In this document: positions 59,177 to 64,000 of the stretch, piece by piece | Numbering within the stretch: the stretch's first letter is position 1 | Layout of the letters: every line of letters begins with the position of its first letter | Source: Reclinomonas americana ATCC 50394 | Taxonomy: Eukaryota | Reading direction: 5' to 3' | Assembly: GCA_048213135.1 (NCBI GenBank) | Contig: PS015010.1 | Coordinates: 930,001-994,000, forward strand | Length of the DNA stretch: 64,000 bases | The notes under the pieces: model-generated | Databases searched by the model: none | What the model was told of the DNA's origin: nothing | The model's input: only the letters and a program-made list of their open reading frames with translations | Translations under genes and position numbers: made by a program

Positions 59177-59259
59177 CACCAATATTGGTATTGCCAATTG
59201 TGGGGCTTAACATTGAAGCAAGCAGCAGTAATTCTGCTGTACTGAGGTTCGGGGCTTAA
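59177..59259 (+). repeat. Truncated attC-like site 9 (left half only)
   Basis: Near-identical to the first ~80 bp of site 1, then host sequence resumes. Confidence 0.7.
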
Positions 59260-59328
59260 CCACTAACCCTTCCTGAATTCCCCGTAATTCATAATTCGTA
59301 ATTCGTAATTATGAATTATCTTCCCTTA

Positions 59329-60381
59329 ATGAAGCATTTTAAGTTCTATTCCAAACAGGATATCCTTTCACTGACCAAAGTCCGCCGTTTTGAAACGAAG
59401 CTGGGGGAGCGGGTGCAGTACCTGAAACCCGGGGGCGAATGGCCGGAAGTTTTGCAACAATCCAGCGCACGCTATGTATTGCTGGGCATACCCGAAGATT
59501 TTGGCGTAAGGGCCAATTATGGCATCGGTGGAACAGATACGGCCTGGCTTTCTTTCCTGGCTGCTTTCCTCAACATACAGAGCAATGATTTTATGAGTGG
59601 GGAGAACATCCTCATCCCCGGGCATTTTGATTTTGGCGATCTTAAATTCCTCATCGAGAACAACGCCTATAATCCAACCGAAAAAATAGATGCTTACCGG
59701 CATGCCATCAAACTTATTGATGAAGAAGTGGAACAAATGATCAAGCTGATCAGCTCCGCCGGAAAGATACCCATCGTAATTGGTGGCGGGCATAATAACG
59801 CGTATCCCATCATCAAAGGCGCAGCTAAAGGTCTGCATAAGAACGACCTGGTACCGCTGGCGCAGATCAATGCCATTAACCTTGATGCCCATGCCGATTA
59901 CAGCGCGGCGGAAGGAAGGCACAGCGGCAACGGCTTCCGTTATGCGGAAGAGGACGGCTACCTGGGTAAGTATTGTATTGTGGGACTGCATGAGAGTTAT
60001 GTATCGCAGAATGTGCTGATGGACCTGCATAACAATCCCTTCCTCGATTACATCAGTTATGAAGAAATATTCCTGCACGAAAGAAAGAACTTCATACAGG
60101 CGGTAGCGCATGCTACGGGTTTTACGGAAGACAGTTACACCGGTATTGAACTCGACCTCGACTGTGTGGAAAATGTACTGAGCAGCGCATCCACACCCAG
60201 CGGTATTTCCGCATTGCAGGCAAGGCAATACATAACATTTACGGCGCAGGATTGTAAAGTGGCTTACCTGCACATCAGCGAAGGCGCTACGCAACTGGTG
60301 GATGGAAGAAAAGATCCCGCTACAGGTAAACTGATCAGTTACCTGGTGAGTGATTTCATTAAGGCGAATGCGCCCGATTAA
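59329..60381 (+). CDS. hutG: Formimidoylglutamase (arginase family)
   Basis: GIPEDFGV, GGGHNNAY, NLDAHAD, HSGNGF, ELDLD. Confidence 0.88.
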   Translation: MKHFKFYSKQDILSLTKVRRFETKLGERVQYLKPGGEWPEVLQQSSARYVLLGIPEDFGVRANYGIGGTDTAWLSFLAAFLNIQSNDFMSGENILIPGHFDFGDLKFLIENNAYNPTEKIDAYRHAIKLIDEEVEQMIKLISSAGKIPIVIGGGHNNAYPIIKGAAKGLHKNDLVPLAQINAINLDAHADYSAAEGRHSGNGFRYAEEDGYLGKYCIVGLHESYVSQNVLMDLHNNPFLDYISYEEIFLHERKNFIQAVAHATGFTEDSYTGIELDLDCVENVLSSASTPSGISALQARQYITFTAQDCKVAYLHISEGATQLVDGRKDPATGKLISYLVSDFIKANAPD

Positions 60382-60404
60382 TAACGACGTACAAACACCC
60401 TGCT

Positions 60405-61052
60405 ATGAATAACCTGGCCAACCGCATCCCTAAACCTGTTCTCCTGCTGCTGTCGCTGGCGGGATGGTTTGCCCTTGTGGCCCAGCTGGTGCTGTTCCTG
60501 CAAAATTCAACCGTTTCTCCCGGTACGACCATTGTACGTTATTTCGTTTTTTTTACGATCCTTACCAACATCATCGCAGCTGCCTGTTCTTCTGTATTGC
60601 TGTTGTCGCCTGCCTCATCATGGGGCCAGTTTTTTGGCAAGGCTTCCACGCTCACGGCCATAACGGTATACATCGTAATTGTAGGGGCTACTTACAATCT
60701 TATTCTGCGGTCTTTATGGGCGCCGGAAGGGCTGCAAAGACTCGTAGATGAGCTCCTGCATTCCGTGGTCCCTTTACTGTTCCTTATCAGCTGGGTACTG
60801 TTCGTGAACAAACGGCAACTGAACTGGAAGATGATCCCTTCCTGGCTGATCTACCCCATCGTATATATACTGGTAGTGGTGATATACGGCGAAATAACCG
60901 GGTACTATCCTTATCCTTTTATAGATGTGGCCAAACTCGGCTATCCTGAAGCGCTTTCGAACGGAGGCATTATACTGCTGGCGTTTATTTTGCTTTCTTT
61001 ATTGCTGGCTTCCACGGGCAGGATAGGGAAGAAGAGCGACGATCAAAGCTAA
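60405..61052 (+). CDS. Pr6Pr/FAR-17a-like membrane protein
   Basis: FFTILTN, ELLHSVVP, YPYPFID. Confidence 0.85.
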   Translation: MNNLANRIPKPVLLLLSLAGWFALVAQLVLFLQNSTVSPGTTIVRYFVFFTILTNIIAAACSSVLLLSPASSWGQFFGKASTLTAITVYIVIVGATYNLILRSLWAPEGLQRLVDELLHSVVPLLFLISWVLFVNKRQLNWKMIPSWLIYPIVYILVVVIYGEITGYYPYPFIDVAKLGYPEALSNGGIILLAFILLSLLLASTGRIGKKSDDQS

Positions 61053-61067
61053 CCATCATATCTGCAC

Positions 61068-61856
61068 ATGAACAATAATTCCTTTTTGTACGATACGCCC
61101 GCCTGGCTTATTGCAATCGTGTTATTTGTCCTGATGCTGCTGGTGAATGTCGCGGGTTACTTCGTGAAGCAGCGCCACCAGCGCAATGACTTACATGAAG
61201 ACAACGGGCTTGGCCCCATAGAAGGCGCATTGCTGGGCCTGCTGGCGCTCCTGCTTTCTTTCACTTTTGGTATGTCGGCCGACCGGTATGAAGCCCGTAA
61301 ACAGGTGATTGTTGAGGAGGCCAACAATATCGGTACGGTCATTCTCCGGGCCGATCTTTATCCTGACAGTATCCGCAGCCGGTTGCGCAGCGATCTGAAG
61401 GATTATGTGGAAGCGAGGATCAGCTACTATGAGGCAGGCTTCGACGCTACACGTACGCAAAAAGCGGAGGAAGCCACTGCCGGTTGTTCGGGTAAGGTAT
61501 GGCATACCGTTGCCGCCTTTGCCGCGAACGGGAATAACCCGGCTGTGCCGTCGCAACAGATGGTGCCTGCACTCAACGCGATGATCGATATTGTAACCAC
61601 AGAAGATGCCACTACCAATGCCCGTGTACCGGACTCTATTCTCTGGCTGCTGTTCCTGCTTACACTTTGCGGAAGTTTCATCATTGGCTACAGTAACAAG
61701 GGCAAACGCACCAGCTATGTGATCGTCAGTGTATTTGCGCTGATGACGGCGATGGCCGTTTTTCTTATCATTGACCTTGACCGCCCCAGGAGAGGACTCA
61801 TCAGTACACACCATGCCCAGGAGAAGATTGTTGAATTGAGGAAAATGTTCCCATAA
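61068..61856 (+). CDS. DUF4239 / bestrophin-like membrane protein
   Basis: LLALLLSFTF, EEANNIGT, IIDLDRP. Confidence 0.8.
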   Translation: MNNNSFLYDTPAWLIAIVLFVLMLLVNVAGYFVKQRHQRNDLHEDNGLGPIEGALLGLLALLLSFTFGMSADRYEARKQVIVEEANNIGTVILRADLYPDSIRSRLRSDLKDYVEARISYYEAGFDATRTQKAEEATAGCSGKVWHTVAAFAANGNNPAVPSQQMVPALNAMIDIVTTEDATTNARVPDSILWLLFLLTLCGSFIIGYSNKGKRTSYVIVSVFALMTAMAVFLIIDLDRPRRGLISTHHAQEKIVELRKMFP

Positions 61857-61868
61857 TTTTACCTGCAT

Positions 61869-61910
61869 AAAAAAAGCCGCCTTCGCTTGCTGAAGACGGC
61901 TTCTTATTTT
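61869..61910. terminator. Bidirectional terminator
   Basis: AAAAAAAGCCGCCTTC-loop-GAAGACGGCTTCTTATTTT. Confidence 0.7.
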
Positions 61911-61920
61911 GTTGAGATGA

Positions 61921-62343
61921 TTAAGCTTCGGGAGTGAGGTATTGCGCATAAGCGTAACCTTCTTCACCGTCGTCGGTACGTACCAGCCACCACTGATCGT
62001 TGCTGCGGTTGATCAGCGTGATCACTTCGTTGTGAGCCGCTTTGCCAACGATTGGCTGATCGGTGCCCGGGCCTTTGCGGATGTTGAGGTTGCTGCTTTC
62101 CGTAGTCACTTTTACTTTGGTTACGGAAGCGTCAACGGCTACATTCACATTCAGCACCAGGTCGCCGCCCGTGAAATTGGGATCGAGTTTGCCGTAGATG
62201 TCCCACAACTGGTCTTTTACAGCACCGGTAGGCGCTGTACCGTCTACGTAAAGCACACCTTCCTGTTCCCTCACCTGGAGGTTGCTGACACCTGCCGCGG
62301 TTGCCGCGTCGGTGAGTTCTTTGTATTTATCTGCTACTGCCAT
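61921..62343 (-). CDS. Bacterial SH3 domain protein with BON-like N-terminus
   Basis: LNIRKGPGT...WW...EGY. Confidence 0.88.
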   Translation of the reverse strand: MAVADKYKELTDAATAAGVSNLQVREQEGVLYVDGTAPTGAVKDQLWDIYGKLDPNFTGGDLVLNVNVAVDASVTKVKVTTESSNLNIRKGPGTDQPIVGKAAHNEVITLINRSNDQWWLVRTDDGEEGYAYAQYLTPEA

Positions 62344-62361
62344 AATATGTTTCCTCCTCGT

Positions 62362-62850
62362 TTATTTTACGGTTAATTTGTTTTCAATTTTTTTAGGTTT
62401 CAGCGAGTTCAGCGCCATCATCAGTTTTGGCAGCGCGTCTTTTTTGATATCGCCCATCAGTGTGATCACGCCTTCTTTTACTTCTGCCTTAACGGTAGAG
62501 AAGTCTTTAATAGCGTCGTTCACACCTTTTGTCAGCGGATCATCAGCTGTGATAACAGGAGGCGGAGCTACTACAACAGGAGCAGCCACGGTGCAATTGT
62601 TAACTACAGATTTTACGCCTTTAACGTCTTTTACTGCGGCTTCGCACTTCGCTTTGCAGGCATCGTCCTTGCATTCACCGCTAATGGTGGCTGTGCCGTC
62701 TTTTACTTCCACTGTGGTACTGGCCATATCAGGGTCAGCTTTCAGTTTGGTTTCAATCGCCGTTTTAATGTCGGCATCTTTTGGTTTACAACCGGTGAAA
62801 CCGATCGCCAGGGCAACTGCCAGCGCCAGAGGGATTTTCATAAACTTCAT
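62362..62850 (-). CDS. BON domain lipoprotein
   Basis: Lipobox FTGC; DADIKTAI, VKDG..TISG, VKGVKSVVN. Confidence 0.88.
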   Translation of the reverse strand: MKFMKIPLALAVALAIGFTGCKPKDADIKTAIETKLKADPDMASTTVEVKDGTATISGECKDDACKAKCEAAVKDVKGVKSVVNNCTVAAPVVVAPPPVITADDPLTKGVNDAIKDFSTVKAEVKEGVITLMGDIKKDALPKLMMALNSLKPKKIENKLTVK

Positions 62851-62933
62851 TGTCAAAGTTGTTTGAGGTTAATTAAAAAAATTCGGCATAAACCTAAGGG
62901 TTTTATAGATATGATACAATGCCGTTAACAATT

Positions 62934-63719
62934 TTATAAACAACCTAATCTTCCGCCGTCCACGGGCAGGTTAATGCCGTTGATATAAGCGGCGGCGGGG
63001 CTGCACAAAAATGCTACCGCGGCGCCAAACTCTTCGGGCTGCCCCATACGTCCGGCGGGTATTTCAGCAATAAACTCCTGTAATACTTCAGCTTCTGTTT
63101 TGCCGGTTTTTGCGGCTTTGGTGCTTACTACATAATCGGCCCTTACGGTTTTGGTGAAGCCGGGCAACACATTATTAACCGTGATGCCCGAGGGGGCCAG
63201 TTCCGTGGCTAATGTTTTTGCCCAGCTGGCTACCGCCGCCCGGGTGGTATTGCTCACACCCAGCCCTTGAATGGGAACCTTTACGGATGTGGATATGATA
63301 TTGATGATACGGCCGAAACCCGCGGCTTTCATGCCGGGCACCACTGCCTGCACCAGGTTGTGGTTATTGATGAGGTGGTTATTGTAAGCCGAGAGGAATG
63401 CTTCCGGCGTGGCGTCGAGTATGGGCCCGCCCGCCGGTCCGCCGGTATTGTTCACCAGTATATGAACAGTATGGTTATCCGTATACTCATGAATTACTTC
63501 TTTTACCCGGGCGGTATCGTTGAAGTCGGCTACCAGGTAAGTATGTTGCTGGGCGCCTGACAAAGGGAGAGAAGCTACCGCTTTCCGGAGGCTTTCTTCA
63601 TTGCGGGCAAACAGTACCAGGTTACAACCCATGAGGGCCAATTCCACGGCGCTGGCATAACCCAGGCCTTGTGTACTTCCGCAAACGACTGCGGTTTTTC
63701 CGGAGAGATCTAGATTCAT
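62934..63719 (-). CDS. SDR family oxidoreductase
   Basis: GSTQGLG, NNTGGP, VNNVLPG, VDGG; start at MNLDLSGK. Confidence 0.92.
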   Translation of the reverse strand: MNLDLSGKTAVVCGSTQGLGYASAVELALMGCNLVLFARNEESLRKAVASLPLSGAQQHTYLVADFNDTARVKEVIHEYTDNHTVHILVNNTGGPAGGPILDATPEAFLSAYNNHLINNHNLVQAVVPGMKAAGFGRIINIISTSVKVPIQGLGVSNTTRAAVASWAKTLATELAPSGITVNNVLPGFTKTVRADYVVSTKAAKTGKTEAEVLQEFIAEIPAGRMGQPEEFGAAVAFLCSPAAAYINGINLPVDGGRLGCL

Positions 63720-63742
63720 ATGTGTTACTTTTTTATCTGGAA

Positions 63743-64000
63743 TTAATGATGGAACCCGGTTGCCATTTTCAGTTTTTCCACCACGTGAAAAATAATCGGG
63801 CAGGTGCCGTAATACATCATAGTGCCGAAAAGTCTGCCGGTAAACCCGGGCCTGTCGAGGTGCGGGAACTCCCGGCATCCCGAAAAACGATCTTCGTACA
63901 CAGTGCATTTATTGTCGTGAAGAAAAGCGCAGGGAATGCGGTTCATCAGCATGCGTCCGCTCTCACTTTCTTCAATATAGGCGGATTTGAACGCGGTAAG
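63743..64000 (-). CDS. YkgJ family cysteine-cluster protein, 3' part
   Basis: PCAFL..NKCTVYEDR..GCREFP..CPII; runs off the window. Confidence 0.8.
   Translation of the reverse strand, partial: LTAFKSAYIEESESGRMLMNRIPCAFLHDNKCTVYEDRFSGCREFPHLDRPGFTGRLFGTMMYYGTCPIIFHVVEKLKMATGFHH

Larger units (their letters stand above)
48149..59259 (+). mobile_element. Integron-like gene-cassette array without integrase in the window (CALIN-like)
   Basis: Nine co-oriented AT-rich cassettes bounded by complementary GTT.../...AAC sites and separated by long attC-like hairpins. Confidence 0.85.

Noticed and set aside
49485-59259. Intergenic repeats as IS/MITE copies or simple terminators
   Set aside because: Outer ends match across each gene rather than across each repeat, with no target duplications, transposase or T tracts; this fits cassette att sites.

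Overview
64-kb window of a Bacteroidota chromosome, most consistent with Chitinophagaceae (TAnnTTTG promoters, T9SS-type C-terminal domain, typical gene families). Most of 1-37 kb and 59.3-64 kb is ordinary housekeeping and accessory content: GH43, GH92, SF1 helicase, tRNA-Pro(CGG), BlaI/M56, peptidases, a Mur ligase paralogue, hutI, ftcD, hutG and nnrD, with several families of intergenic repeats. Two regions stand out. (1) 37-45 kb: a divergent locus with a secreted CxxCH protein and a T9SS-sorted partner on one side, and a lipoprotein / multi-TM protein / sensor-less histidine kinase / NarL-LuxR regulator module plus a flavin-dependent halogenase-like gene on the other. Repeated ACCGTT-N4-AACGGT palindromes lie between the two arms. 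(2) 47-59.3 kb: an AT-rich integron-like gene-cassette array with no integrase in the window. It has nine cassettes bounded by cassette-specific GTT.../...AAC inverted core sites and unusually long (about 190-200 bp) attC-like hairpins, and is organised as two units, each headed by an XRE-HTH gene and a conserved ~100-bp attI-like leader. Cargo includes a TIR/SEFIR protein and a 3-kb four-gene cassette ending in a thermonuclease. A 12-unit palindromic tandem array with strict 22/23-bp alternation lies just upstream. All calls come from reading the sequence by eye; no searches were run.
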